A stretch of DNA of 64,000 bases from an uncultured Candidatus Saccharibacteria bacterium. Its GTDB lineage: Bacteria; Patescibacteriota; Minisyncoccia; Phycocordibacterales; UBA2100. Below are positions 9,297 through 19,067 of the stretch, one piece after another. The position numbers were made by a program, and so were the translations under genes. Within the stretch, counting starts at the first letter, position 1. Every line of letters begins with the position of its first letter. The notes beneath the pieces are model-generated. The model did not search any database. It was not told the origin of the DNA and saw only the letters and a list, made by a program, of their open reading frames with translations. The DNA is taken from assembly GCA_964399865.1 (NCBI GenBank), contig CAYNRJ010000002.1, forward strand, positions 22,151 through 86,150. Reading direction: 5' to 3'.

Positions 9297-10376
9297 TCTA
9301 GTACATATTCAGTCCTCGTCGTAGGCACGGAAACCGGATTATTCTCGCGAGAAAGTAAGGCCTATGAGCGCACGCTTCGCTACGGGACATGCTTCTCTCG
9401 GCTCGATCTCATTGTGCTTTGCCGAAGAGGTGTCGCAGACGGACCATTCCAAATCTCGGAGAATACTCATGCATATCCGACTCTTTCTGAGAATCCTTTA
9501 TTTTTTGCATTTGATGCGCTCCGGATCGCACGGAAACTTGAAAAGCCAAACGTCATTACCGTACAAGATCCTTTTGAATCAGGTCTTGTGGGTTTCTTCC
9601 TTGCCCGCAAATGGCGCGTTCCACTCCATGTGCAAGTCCATACGGATTTTCTCTCGCCCGCTTTTGCTAGTCACTCTATTTTGAATCGCATCCGCGTTCG
9701 CATCGCGAGATTTGTACTAAAGCGTGCGGCGGGAGTCAGAGTTGTGGGAGAGAATGTTAAGAAGGCCCTTATTGCGGCAGGGTATGGAACGCAGGCTGAG
9801 TTTTCCGTTCTTCCTATATTCATCGATACGGAGCAGTTCCGAAATACACCTGTGAGCGAAGATCTCGCAAAAAAGTTTTCAAAGTTTCGCACGAAGATTC
9901 TTGTAGTGTCGCGACTTGAAGGTGAGAAAGATGTTTCTCTTGCGCTCACGAGTTTTGGAAAGGCTTCTCCAAAGAGCGCATGTCTCATAATCGTTGGAGA
10001 CGGACGTGAGAAAAAAATGCTGCAAAGACTTGCTCAAGCGCTCGGCGTGGAGAAGCGGGTATTTTTCGAGGGCACTCAGGATCCAAAGCAGTACTACGCA
10101 CTTGCTGACCTCGTACTCGCACCCTCAAGGTACGAAGGCTATGGAAGGACAATTATCGAAGGTCTCTCGGCGGGGAAGCCAGTACTCTCGACAGACGTAG
10201 GTATTGCGCGCGAAGCTGGCGCCATCGTGGTAGAACCAAGGCGTTTCTCTGAGGCACTTGCAGAGTGGCATAAAAATGGCCCAAAGACTGGTGAGTTAAT
10301 GAATTACCCATATCAAAGTTTCGATGCGTATGTGCGCGCGTACAGTGATGATATTGTGCGCTGTGTAAAAAACTGA
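9192..10376 (+). CDS. Glycosyltransferase family 4 (start uncertain)
   Basis: QDPFESG, SRYEGYGRTIIEGL; family-like sequence starts ~9306 but nearest in-frame ATG is 9192, overlapping the divergent deacetylase. Confidence 0.75.
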   Translation: MVEQDLQTSSGEYPDNAGDSAHAPQSVQNSLHDGHSSTYSVLVVGTETGLFSRESKAYERTLRYGTCFSRLDLIVLCRRGVADGPFQISENTHAYPTLSENPLFFAFDALRIARKLEKPNVITVQDPFESGLVGFFLARKWRVPLHVQVHTDFLSPAFASHSILNRIRVRIARFVLKRAAGVRVVGENVKKALIAAGYGTQAEFSVLPIFIDTEQFRNTPVSEDLAKKFSKFRTKILVVSRLEGEKDVSLALTSFGKASPKSACLIIVGDGREKKMLQRLAQALGVEKRVFFEGTQDPKQYYALADLVLAPSRYEGYGRTIIEGLSAGKPVLSTDVGIAREAGAIVVEPRRFSEALAEWHKNGPKTGELMNYPYQSFDAYVRAYSDDIVRCVKN

Positions 10377-10389
10377 AAACACTTCTGAT

Positions 10390-12222
10390 ATGAGAACCTT
10401 GTCCATAGTCGTACCTGCCTTTAACGAGGAGGGGACCATACGGCAGATACTGAATCTTCTGCTTGCTCAGCAATTGCCTGGGTGGGGGAAGGAGATCATT
10501 GTCGTAAACGACGCATCTACTGATCGCACGAAGGAAATCCTAAAAGAGTTTGAAGGGAAGGTGCGCGTAATTCATCTTGAGAAAAACAGCGGCAAGGGAA
10601 GTGCGGTCATGAATGGCTCTCGAGTTGCAACGGGCGATTACATTCTCGTGCAGGACGCAGATCTCGAATACGATCCAAAAGAAATTCCAGACCTCCTTCG
10701 CGCACTGGATGAGAAAAAGGGCGACGTCATTCATGGGTCACGCAATCTTCGTACACAAAAAAGAGAGGGAAGTTACCTGCGGCGAGCAGGCGTTTGGTTC
10801 CTCACGCAGTTATTCAACACGCTCTACGGCACTCGGCTCACAGATGCATGCGTGTGCTATCGACTCTTTCCGAAGTCCGCCGCTGTGCACTTTGGGGCAG
10901 GTCGCTTCGAATCAGAACTTCTTTTTTCCGCGAAAGCTGTGCGCGCGGGATACAAAATAGCAGAAGTGCCTGTTACCTATTCTCCACGCACGGTCGCGGA
11001 AGGAAAAAAGATCCAGTACCGTGACGGACTCATTGGTATATTCGCGCTTGTAGGCGATTGGGTTCGTAATTTGCCGAAAGTCGCTCTCTTCCTCTTTGGC
11101 GCGATTGTTGTTGCGACCGCGTTCATATTTTCCATGTCCGGAGTATTTAATGACAGGATCGACACAAATCTGTATGTCTCCCAAATTGAATCATTCCGCG
11201 GGCTTTTTAGTGATACACCGCAAGTAGTCACGGGGACTGATAATCAATTTGAGACTCTTGCCGATGAGCCGTGGAAGACGTTCAAACCTCTTTACATGGT
11301 TCTCGCGGCCCTCCTCACAGTATTCGTGCATCCATACGTAGCTATTCTTTCGATCAACCTTCTTCTTTTCGTCGGGCTCACATTCCTTACCTATGCATTC
11401 TTACGAGAGCTTGGGTTCCGCACGCGCTTTGCTGGAGCGGGAGCACTCTGGGTCGTATTCAGTTATCCGATGCTTAAATATGGTCTCGCACTCGGCACGG
11501 ATATCTCCGGATGGTTTTTCTCTGTTGCAACGATTGTGCTCATGCTTCGCGCCGTTCGCACAGATGATATCCGTCTTGTCGTGCTGGCATCTTTGGTTGG
11601 CTTTTTGGGATCTCTCGGAAAGGAAACAGGCGCGATGGGGCTAATCTTTGCAGGATTTTTCCTCTTGTGGCATTTCCGAGTCTGGAAGTTTTCCAAACTT
11701 GTTAAATGGCTCGCAGCTCTCTGTATTCCAGCGTTCGCCCTCCAAGGATTTCTTCTCATCGCGCTTGCTGAATCCAATGCGCCGACATTCGTCGATTGGT
11801 ACGTTCTCAATATTCAGGGACTCTTGGAGGATTTCTGGAAGCTCGCGTATCTCGTGGGAGTCGCTGGGTCCGCATTTAATGTGCTCTTGCCTCTAGCTCT
11901 CATTGGGTTTGTGATCGCGATATTTAGACGGGATATTTTCAAGAGATCGTGGGGGAAATATTACATACCACTTTTCCTTGCTGCGCTCCCGGTTCTCCTC
12001 TGGCCCATCTTTATTTCCCGCGTTCTATTCATCCAGTTCATCTTTTTTGTGCCCCTTGCGCTCTATGCCGTGGATGCCATTTCCACGCGTTTCGGAGCTC
12101 GTTTTCCTGCTCTTCCATACATCCTTTTGGCCCTACCACCTGCGGTCAGCATCGCCCTCTTTGGCCTAAGCGGAAATGGCTCATTATTTGACGTTTTTGG
12201 AAAAATCTTGCCTTTCGTGTAA
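10390..12222 (+). CDS. Fusion of polyprenyl-phosphate-sugar synthase-like GT2 and multi-TM GT-C-like domain
   Basis: SIVVPAFNEE, VNDASTD, GKGSAV, QDADLEYDP, EVPVTY.PR; C-terminal ~380 aa with many TM segments and LGKETG motif. Confidence 0.75.
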   Translation: MRTLSIVVPAFNEEGTIRQILNLLLAQQLPGWGKEIIVVNDASTDRTKEILKEFEGKVRVIHLEKNSGKGSAVMNGSRVATGDYILVQDADLEYDPKEIPDLLRALDEKKGDVIHGSRNLRTQKREGSYLRRAGVWFLTQLFNTLYGTRLTDACVCYRLFPKSAAVHFGAGRFESELLFSAKAVRAGYKIAEVPVTYSPRTVAEGKKIQYRDGLIGIFALVGDWVRNLPKVALFLFGAIVVATAFIFSMSGVFNDRIDTNLYVSQIESFRGLFSDTPQVVTGTDNQFETLADEPWKTFKPLYMVLAALLTVFVHPYVAILSINLLLFVGLTFLTYAFLRELGFRTRFAGAGALWVVFSYPMLKYGLALGTDISGWFFSVATIVLMLRAVRTDDIRLVVLASLVGFLGSLGKETGAMGLIFAGFFLLWHFRVWKFSKLVKWLAALCIPAFALQGFLLIALAESNAPTFVDWYVLNIQGLLEDFWKLAYLVGVAGSAFNVLLPLALIGFVIAIFRRDIFKRSWGKYYIPLFLAALPVLLWPIFISRVLFIQFIFFVPLALYAVDAISTRFGARFPALPYILLALPPAVSIALFGLSGNGSLFDVFGKILPFV

Positions 12223-12244
12223 TATAGCCAAACTTGAAATCCAT

Positions 12245-13126
12245 ATGAAGAAACCATTAATCGGATTTATAGGACAAGGGTGGATCGGAAAGGCATACTC
12301 CGACAATTTCGAAGATCGCGGCTACGAAGTCGTGCGTTACTCGCTCGAGAAGCCGTACGTCCAAAATAAGGACAAGATTAAAGACTGCGACATCGTCTTT
12401 ATTGCTGTCTGGACTCCGACGACGCCGAAAGGTTTTGATACATCGGTTGTTCGCAGTGTCTTGCCACTCGTAGGCAAAGGAAAGATCGCGGTCATCAAAT
12501 CAACGATCCTTCCGGGCACAACAAATATGCTCCAGGAAAAATTCCCGGACATCATCGTGCTCAACAGCCCTGAATTCCTTTCGATCTCTTCGCACGTGCA
12601 CGATGCGGCGCATCCATTCGTAAATCTCATTGGTCTTCCTGTGCAGGACGCAAAACACTATCGTGCAGCTGAGCAGGTCCTCAGAATAATTCCGCGCGCG
12701 CCATATTCTGATATTTGTAAGAGCGTTGAGGCGGAGATCTTCAAGTACACGCACAATGCGAGCGGGTACACACAGGTCATCCTTTTCAACATCATGTACG
12801 AGATCGCGGAAAACATGGGAGCAAGTTGGGACGTCATCAACCGCGCGATACAAGTAGACCCACTCATTTCAAAACGTTATTCCAATCCGGTACATAAAAG
12901 CGGACGCGGTGCAGGAGGCGGCTGCTTTATCAAGGATGTTGCTGCACTTCGCACACATGTGAAGAAAGCTTTGCCAGGTAATAAGAACGCACTCAAGGTT
13001 CTCGAAGCAATGGAGGCAAAGAACATCGAACTTCTTACGTCCACAAACAAAGACCTCGATCTTCTTGAAGGCGTATACGGAAAAAAGGTATTGAAAAATA
13101 AGAAGGCGAAGGGTCGTAAAAAGTGA
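12245..13126 (+). CDS. UDP-glucose/GDP-mannose 6-dehydrogenase family protein (short, no C-terminal domain)
   Basis: IGQGWIG, VWTPT, IKSTILPG, SPEFL, GAGGGCFIKD catalytic Cys motif. Confidence 0.8.
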   Translation: MKKPLIGFIGQGWIGKAYSDNFEDRGYEVVRYSLEKPYVQNKDKIKDCDIVFIAVWTPTTPKGFDTSVVRSVLPLVGKGKIAVIKSTILPGTTNMLQEKFPDIIVLNSPEFLSISSHVHDAAHPFVNLIGLPVQDAKHYRAAEQVLRIIPRAPYSDICKSVEAEIFKYTHNASGYTQVILFNIMYEIAENMGASWDVINRAIQVDPLISKRYSNPVHKSGRGAGGGCFIKDVAALRTHVKKALPGNKNALKVLEAMEAKNIELLTSTNKDLDLLEGVYGKKVLKNKKAKGRKK

Positions 13127-13138
13127 GATACTGCCCTC

Positions 13139-14164
13139 ATGCGGCTTCTCATCTGTACTCAAGCAGTAGATAGAAACGAGCCGGTCCTCGGCTTCATGCA
13201 TCGCTGGATCGAAGAGATCGCCAAAAGGAGCGAACATGTTGTCGTTATTTGTTTACGAGGAGGGGAGAGATCACTTCCAAAAAATGTAGAAGTTATCGTC
13301 CTCGGTGAGAGGATGAAATTCCTCCGCGCTCTCGAAGTGTGCTCGATTGCGCTTTCTCGGCGCGGCGAGTACGACAATGTGTTTGTGCACATGAATCAGG
13401 AATACATTCTCGCTGCAGGATGGCTGTGGAAACTCCTTGGAAAGAAAATGTATATGTGGCGCAATCACTATGCGGGGAACAAACTCACGGATATCGCGGC
13501 CGCGTTTTGTACAAAAGTATTCTGTACCTCACGATTTTCATACACAGCAAAATATAAAAAGACTACCCTCATGCCGGTTGGTGTGGATGCGGGTCGTTTC
13601 GCACCTGTTTCTGGCGTTACTCGCGTTCCTAACTCAATTCTCTTTCTCGCGCGTCTCGCTCCGTCAAAGCGTGTCCATATATTCGTCGAGGCGATGTCTC
13701 GGATCCTAAAGGGTAGTGTTTCCTTCACTGCCTCCATTTATGGTTCACCGCTTAAAGTTGACGAGGGTTATGCAATAGGATTAAAGGAGAAAGTGCAAAA
13801 GGACGGACTCTCAGGAATTGTTACTTTTGCTTCGCAGATCGCGAATCACGAGACGCCGAAGGTTTACAGCGCACACGATATTTTCGTAAATCTCTCGCCA
13901 TCGGGCATGTACGACAAGACGATATTCGAAGCGGCCGCGTGCGGCGCGCTCGTAGTCGCGTCGAGCGGAGATTTCGCAGATCATGTCGATCCGCGGCTAG
14001 TGTTTAAAGATAACGACGCTGAAGACCTCTCTAAGAAACTCGGCGCTCTCCTCGCGCTTCCAGAAAGTGATAGAGAGGGATTGCGCCGCTCTCTCTCGGT
14101 TCTCGTACAGAAGAATACTCTTCCGTCCCTTATGGATCGTCTCGTAGCAGAGATGGCAAAATAG
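13139..14164 (+). CDS. Glycosyltransferase family 4
   Basis: RLAPSK, GMYDKTIFEAAACG. Confidence 0.82.
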   Translation: MRLLICTQAVDRNEPVLGFMHRWIEEIAKRSEHVVVICLRGGERSLPKNVEVIVLGERMKFLRALEVCSIALSRRGEYDNVFVHMNQEYILAAGWLWKLLGKKMYMWRNHYAGNKLTDIAAAFCTKVFCTSRFSYTAKYKKTTLMPVGVDAGRFAPVSGVTRVPNSILFLARLAPSKRVHIFVEAMSRILKGSVSFTASIYGSPLKVDEGYAIGLKEKVQKDGLSGIVTFASQIANHETPKVYSAHDIFVNLSPSGMYDKTIFEAAACGALVVASSGDFADHVDPRLVFKDNDAEDLSKKLGALLALPESDREGLRRSLSVLVQKNTLPSLMDRLVAEMAK

Positions 14165-14165
14165 T

Positions 14166-15932
14166 ATGTGTGGAATTTTAGGCATTACAGGCAAGCAGAA
14201 TGCACTCGCGGAGGAGGCACTGAAAACATTTTCATACCGCGGTCCAGATGCGACGGCAGTTCTCTCGGATGAGCGCGCAACCCTCGGACACAATCGGCTT
14301 TCCATCATCGATCTTGATAAAAAGGCGAATCAGCCAATGTCAGGCGCGGACGACACGCTTCGCATTGTTTTTAACGGGGAAATATACAACTACAAAGAAA
14401 TTCGCAGTGAATTAGAGAAGAAGGGTCACAAATTCCATACGAAATCCGATACCGAGGTCCTAATTTATGCCTACAAGGAGTGGGGGAAGGAGATGGTCAC
14501 GCGCCTGCGCGGTATGTACGCCATTGCCATTCACGATCGTGGCGCAGATAAGCTCATTCTTTTTACGGATTACTCCAACATGAAGCCGATCTTCTACGCG
14601 ACTGTGGGAGGTTCGTTCGCGTTCTCATCGGAGCTGAAAGGTATCGTGCACATGCTTAAGAAGACACACGTGCCTGTCGAGGTGGACAAAGATTCACTGG
14701 ATCTCTATTGGGCGCTCGGGTATGTCCCGACACCTCGCACGATTTATCGCGGAATCTCACGCATGCCGCGACGAACAATTCTCACAGTGGAACTCAAAAC
14801 TGGCGAGTTTTCGGAAGTGCAGTATGGAAAGCCAAGTGTCGCTGCGCCGACAGAAGATAATCTCAAAGCTCTCATCGAAAAGAAAGTTGAACAGCATCTT
14901 ATTGCGGACGTCCCGGTCGGCCTCTTTTTCTCTGGAGGTACTGATTCGTCTGTAATCGCTGCAGTCCTCAAAAAGCTCGGCGTCCGACTCGAGGCATTTA
15001 GTTTGGAAATATCGGCGCGTCCAGAAGATCGCGAGTATTTCGAGAAGATCGCACAGCACATGGATCTTTCGATTCACAAATCATTCTTCGGTCCGAAAGA
15101 ATTCGACGAGATATACCCTACCGTTTCAAAGTTTATTGATGAACCATTCGCAGATAGTTCGCTCTTCCCGACGTATTTCATCTCCCGCGAAGCGGCGAAG
15201 AAGGTAAAAGTAGTGCTCTCAGGAGATGGCGGTGACGAGTATTTCCTGGGGTATCCACGAAGTGTCGTCTTAAGTCGCATGGCGAAAGCCCCGCTTGATG
15301 GCGAGATGACCTGGCTCGATGCGCTTTACATAAAGACTCCGCGCTTCAGGAAAAAGGTAGGACTATTCGAAAAGCTCTTTGCGATATTCCGTCAACCGAT
15401 TTCGTATTACCTTCTCACCATGTCGCCGACGAAGGATTTCCTAAATCCAGTACAGTGGAAAGCCGCAAAGCGTGTGCTCGCGAGCCGTACATCAGCACCG
15501 ATTTCGCTCGATGCCGATAATTATCTTGAGAACGATTTATTGAGGAAAGCAGATCTCGCGACGATGTACAACTCCATCGAAGGTCGTATTCCGCTCCTTG
15601 ATCCTGATGTTACGGCCGCCGCAGAAACTGCCATGCGATCACGTGTGCCGCTCAAAGAGAAAAAGCCGCTTTTAAAGAAGATCCTTGCAACGTATCTCCC
15701 GCCGGAATTGGTGTATCGAGGAAAGCGTGGTTTCGGTTTGGATATGGGAGTCTTTTTCTCAGAATCAAAAGTTTTGAAGGGGGAATTGGAAGCCGCGCTC
15801 GCGTTTCTGGCCCTTAAAGAGATACTCCCGTCAAAAGAGTTATTGCCACTTCCGGAGCTTACACTTCGACGTCCACAGCTCTGTTGGCAAATACTTATGC
15901 TCTATCACGCCATAAAGAACGCAGGAATTTAG
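14166..15932 (+). CDS. asnB: Asparagine synthase (glutamine-hydrolysing)-like amidotransferase, probably glycan amidation
   Basis: MCGI Ntn start, RGPD, HNRLSIIDL, FNGEIYNY, SGGTDSS, LSGDGGDE, SIEGRIPLLD. Confidence 0.88.
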   Translation: MCGILGITGKQNALAEEALKTFSYRGPDATAVLSDERATLGHNRLSIIDLDKKANQPMSGADDTLRIVFNGEIYNYKEIRSELEKKGHKFHTKSDTEVLIYAYKEWGKEMVTRLRGMYAIAIHDRGADKLILFTDYSNMKPIFYATVGGSFAFSSELKGIVHMLKKTHVPVEVDKDSLDLYWALGYVPTPRTIYRGISRMPRRTILTVELKTGEFSEVQYGKPSVAAPTEDNLKALIEKKVEQHLIADVPVGLFFSGGTDSSVIAAVLKKLGVRLEAFSLEISARPEDREYFEKIAQHMDLSIHKSFFGPKEFDEIYPTVSKFIDEPFADSSLFPTYFISREAAKKVKVVLSGDGGDEYFLGYPRSVVLSRMAKAPLDGEMTWLDALYIKTPRFRKKVGLFEKLFAIFRQPISYYLLTMSPTKDFLNPVQWKAAKRVLASRTSAPISLDADNYLENDLLRKADLATMYNSIEGRIPLLDPDVTAAAETAMRSRVPLKEKKPLLKKILATYLPPELVYRGKRGFGLDMGVFFSESKVLKGELEAALAFLALKEILPSKELLPLPELTLRRPQLCWQILMLYHAIKNAGI

Positions 15933-15933
15933 T

Positions 15934-17001
15934 ATGGAAAACAAAACCATTCTTTTTTTCATTAATGCACTTGCGGTGGGTGGTGCGGAGAAGGTATTCA
16001 TTAAGCAAGCCGAGGCGCTCCGGAAGTCGGGATGGAATGTGCATTTTGCACTCGTTTTCCGAGAAGGTGATCTGCGCTCCAATCTCTCTCTTCCGAAAGA
16101 AAACGTGCACGTGCTCGGTATGCGTTCAATCTTCGATATTTTTGGGTATCTTCGAGCTCGTTCTCTTATTTCCAAACTGCGCCCGAATATCGTGTATTCC
16201 ACGCTGAATGAAGCGAACGCGATCGCGCGCATACTTTCGCTGATCTCGCCTCGCTACGCACTCATCACTCGCGAAGCGAACATGGCGGACATAAAGCCGT
16301 CGATTTATAAGACTCTCGATAAACTTCTCGGGTCGCGTTCGAAGGTGATAATCGCGGTGTCCGAAGCGGTGAAGGATTCACTCGCCGCATATGCGCCATA
16401 CCTCAAGGCGCGCACGAAGGTTCTCTATAACTCCGTAAATGTCCCAAGTGAAGCGCCAAATCGAGAATGGCCGCGAGGCGGGGATGTTAAGTTGCTTTCT
16501 GTGGGAAGTCTCGATGAGAAAAAGGACCACGAAATTCTCATACGAGCGCTTGCCCATCTTCCAGAACGATTTCACCTCACGATCATTGGGAAGGGGAAGC
16601 TTTTGTCGAAGCTTGAGAATGTCGCGGACAAAGTTGGCGTGCGAGGCCGTGTTAATTTCATGGGCGGAATTTCACCAAAAGATATGCCAGCACAATACGC
16701 AGCGCATCATCTATTTGTGCTTCCATCAAAACGCGAAGGATGTCCAAACGTTGTCCTCGAAGCGTATGCCGCCGCTCTGCCCGTCGTGGCGTTTGACATT
16801 CCTGGGATGAGCGAATTTGTCACCGAAAGTGCAGGAATTCTCGTGAAGGAACGAAACCCGCAAACTCTCGCCTCTGCCATCGAGCAAATAACCGAATCAG
16901 AGGAGAAGCTTCAGCAGATGGGGCAGGCAGGTTACGAACTTGTGAAAAAGGACTATACTCTAGAGAAGAAAGTGGGAGAGCTCGAGTCAATTATTAAATA
17001 G
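15934..17001 (+). CDS. Glycosyltransferase family 4
   Basis: GGAEK, SKREGCPNVVLEA. Confidence 0.88.
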   Translation: MENKTILFFINALAVGGAEKVFIKQAEALRKSGWNVHFALVFREGDLRSNLSLPKENVHVLGMRSIFDIFGYLRARSLISKLRPNIVYSTLNEANAIARILSLISPRYALITREANMADIKPSIYKTLDKLLGSRSKVIIAVSEAVKDSLAAYAPYLKARTKVLYNSVNVPSEAPNREWPRGGDVKLLSVGSLDEKKDHEILIRALAHLPERFHLTIIGKGKLLSKLENVADKVGVRGRVNFMGGISPKDMPAQYAAHHLFVLPSKREGCPNVVLEAYAAALPVVAFDIPGMSEFVTESAGILVKERNPQTLASAIEQITESEEKLQQMGQAGYELVKKDYTLEKKVGELESIIK

Positions 17002-17019
17002 AACACACCTAGTAAGGTT

Positions 17020-17877
17020 ATGGTGTCCATTTGGTCAAAAATCGTAGCAGTCTTTACCTCCCTGCTTATCACTGTTGGGATCTACACAAATCCCACAGAA
17101 ACAATTCCTGTACAGCCCGAACCGAATACAGTTGTTGAAGAAATGGACAAGACTTTACCAACGCAAACCACTGATGAAAAATTGCCGATCCAAATCGCAG
17201 GGGATTCAATTAAAGTAGATGAAGTTCAGTGGGCTTTCGTCGTAAATAATACGCCCGTAACATCCGTGCCTTCCGCAAATTCGGAATGGGCTATTCGAAT
17301 AACAATACCGTCTTTACAATCGGGAGGTCTCGTATTTAGTACAGAGGATTGGATGGAGTCCCCATCAGTATACGAGAAACAATTGTTGAATCTAAGAAAT
17401 AATTTATTAAACAGTAAGAGTGCAGATATTGCTCGTTGGAACCAGATAATTGCAAGCGGCGAGGCAGACAATGTGATCGCACAAATTCGAGTCGAAATTC
17501 TCCAAATCGATGGACCGCTCGGAGAACGCAAACAAGCGTCGTCCTCTAAGACGCTATTTGAAGGATTGCTGCGAGATAATGCTCAAATCTGGGGGATGCT
17601 TGGAAAGACAGCGACGCCAGAACAATTAAAGGTTTTAGAACCCCTATGGGAGTCCCTTATCTCTATTTCGGAGGCCAAACTATTTATTCTTGATCGTCAT
17701 GTGCAGGTCAAACAAAAATTGATCGCCGCGATAGATTCGAATGATATAGAAAATATACTTGTCGCCGAACGCGACGATAAGACCATGGAACTCATATATT
17801 CGTGGCACGTAGACGGCTACAACAAGCTGAATGATAAGGAGCTTGCTTTGAAGAAAGGTTTCGGTCTCCCGAATTGA
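17020..17877 (+). CDS. Hypothetical secreted or membrane-anchored protein
   Basis: 285-aa ORF, N-terminal hydrophobic stretch (IVAVFTSLLITVGIY), no recognised motif. Confidence 0.55.
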   Translation: MVSIWSKIVAVFTSLLITVGIYTNPTETIPVQPEPNTVVEEMDKTLPTQTTDEKLPIQIAGDSIKVDEVQWAFVVNNTPVTSVPSANSEWAIRITIPSLQSGGLVFSTEDWMESPSVYEKQLLNLRNNLLNSKSADIARWNQIIASGEADNVIAQIRVEILQIDGPLGERKQASSSKTLFEGLLRDNAQIWGMLGKTATPEQLKVLEPLWESLISISEAKLFILDRHVQVKQKLIAAIDSNDIENILVAERDDKTMELIYSWHVDGYNKLNDKELALKKGFGLPN

Positions 17878-17893
17878 GAGTAGGGTGCAGGGA

Positions 17894-17946
17894 TCATTTC
17901 TTCTCCTCGTGATATTCCTCCTCGGTGTTGATGGCCCAGAGGTTTG
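17894..17946. repeat. 53-bp direct repeat, copy 1 (orphan duplicate of the oxidoreductase 3' end)
   Basis: tcatttcttctcctcgtgatattcctcctcggtgttgatggcccagaggtttg, 51/53 identical to 19015-19067. Confidence 0.92.
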
Positions 17947-17947
17947 T

Positions 17948-18958
17948 TTATGGAGTCAGACGCCGATCAGTGAATAATCGTTTGAGTAGTCCGAAAAGTG
18001 TTGTCTCGCCACGTCCGAAAAAGAGTAGAAGAATCGCGGAGCAATAGACAACAAAGTCTTCGACTTCCCACACATGTGATTGAATGAGCATGGCAGTGAC
18101 AGACGCCATAAAGAAAAGCGAGATAAAGATTGTTGTTATTCGTGGCACGTAGCCGAGTATAAAGACGATTCCAAAAAGCATTTCAGCAAAACCAGTACTT
18201 AATACAAACAGGTTATCGGAAAACCACGGGAAGAGAGGCATCATAAAGTTCCACGGGTGTTCAGCAAGGAATTGCAAACTCCATTCGGGATACAGTAATT
18301 TCTCTGTAAAGGCGAGGGTAATGAGTGAAATCCCCGTACCAATTCGCACGATATCTAAGGCGTATATTTTAAGAAACGCGGGTATCGATTTGGTTGATGA
18401 GTGAATAATGAAAAAGTACGCGGCCAGTGAAAATAGAATCGCGTTTTCAAGCACAGCCTCAAGACCGTGAGGGAGTGTTACAAGCGCACATAGAATTAAA
18501 AGGCAGGCAGTTGCAATGCGGGGGAAGAGATTCAAAATAAGCAAAATTCCGATAACAATTTGTGCGACTTTCAGGACGACAAGAACCGGATCGTTTACTT
18601 CAATCGATGGCATTATGACAACGTTCCAGAAAAGACCAACGCTCACCAGAAAAATACCGAGCACAGCCTGTGCAACTCGATTAATGATGTTTCTGTGGGT
18701 TGCTACGAATACTTCAAGCGTACGTATTGGCCGCGAATGTGCATCTATGAATAGTGCAGCAATTATCACAATCAACCCGATTGCACACCATGCTAAGACT
18801 TCAGGGCTTTGCCATGAGTAAAAATCAATCGTCCCATGCTTGCCTTCAATAATCTCTTCGCTCTCTTCTACGAGCCACTTTGCATGCGCGAGTGCAATCG
18901 CAGGTATGCTCAAAATTGCAACTACCGAAGCAGAGAAGACTTTTATACCTATTTTCAT
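17948..18958 (-). CDS. DoxX-like multi-pass membrane protein
   Basis: ~9 hydrophobic segments; AHAKW, RIGTGISLITLAFTEKLLYP, HPWNF, GFAEMLFG resemble tandem DoxX-type modules. Confidence 0.6.
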   Translation of the reverse strand: MKIGIKVFSASVVAILSIPAIALAHAKWLVEESEEIIEGKHGTIDFYSWQSPEVLAWCAIGLIVIIAALFIDAHSRPIRTLEVFVATHRNIINRVAQAVLGIFLVSVGLFWNVVIMPSIEVNDPVLVVLKVAQIVIGILLILNLFPRIATACLLILCALVTLPHGLEAVLENAILFSLAAYFFIIHSSTKSIPAFLKIYALDIVRIGTGISLITLAFTEKLLYPEWSLQFLAEHPWNFMMPLFPWFSDNLFVLSTGFAEMLFGIVFILGYVPRITTIFISLFFMASVTAMLIQSHVWEVEDFVVYCSAILLLFFGRGETTLFGLLKRLFTDRRLTP

Positions 18959-18964
18959 TCCAAT

Positions 18965-18973
18965 ATCTTAACA
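18965..18973 (-). promoter_or_regulatory. Putative extended -10 (TGtTAAGAT), 6 nt before ATG 18958
   Basis: Minus strand ggTGtTAAGATattggaATG; tandem accacata x2 at 18973-18988 just upstream. Confidence 0.5.
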
Positions 18974-19014
18974 CCACATAACCACATAAGATGGGTAAAA
19001 GCAGACAGTAACAC

Positions 19015-19067
19015 TCACTTCTTCTCCTCGTGATACTCCTCCTCGGTGTTGATGGCCCAGAGGTTTG
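19015..19067. repeat. 53-bp direct repeat, copy 2 (current 3' end of the oxidoreductase CDS)
   Basis: tcacttcttctcctcgtgatactcctcctcggtgttgatggcccagaggtttg, encodes [16 protein letters not shown]-stop on minus strand. Confidence 0.92.

Noticed and set aside
14166-15932. Asparagine biosynthesis role for asnB
   Set aside because: Tightly packed between GT4 genes, typical of glycan-amidating paralogs
17894-19067. IS element, CRISPR array or integron cassette
   Set aside because: Only two copies, derived from a CDS end; no transposase, terminal inverted repeats, spacers or attC-like palindrome
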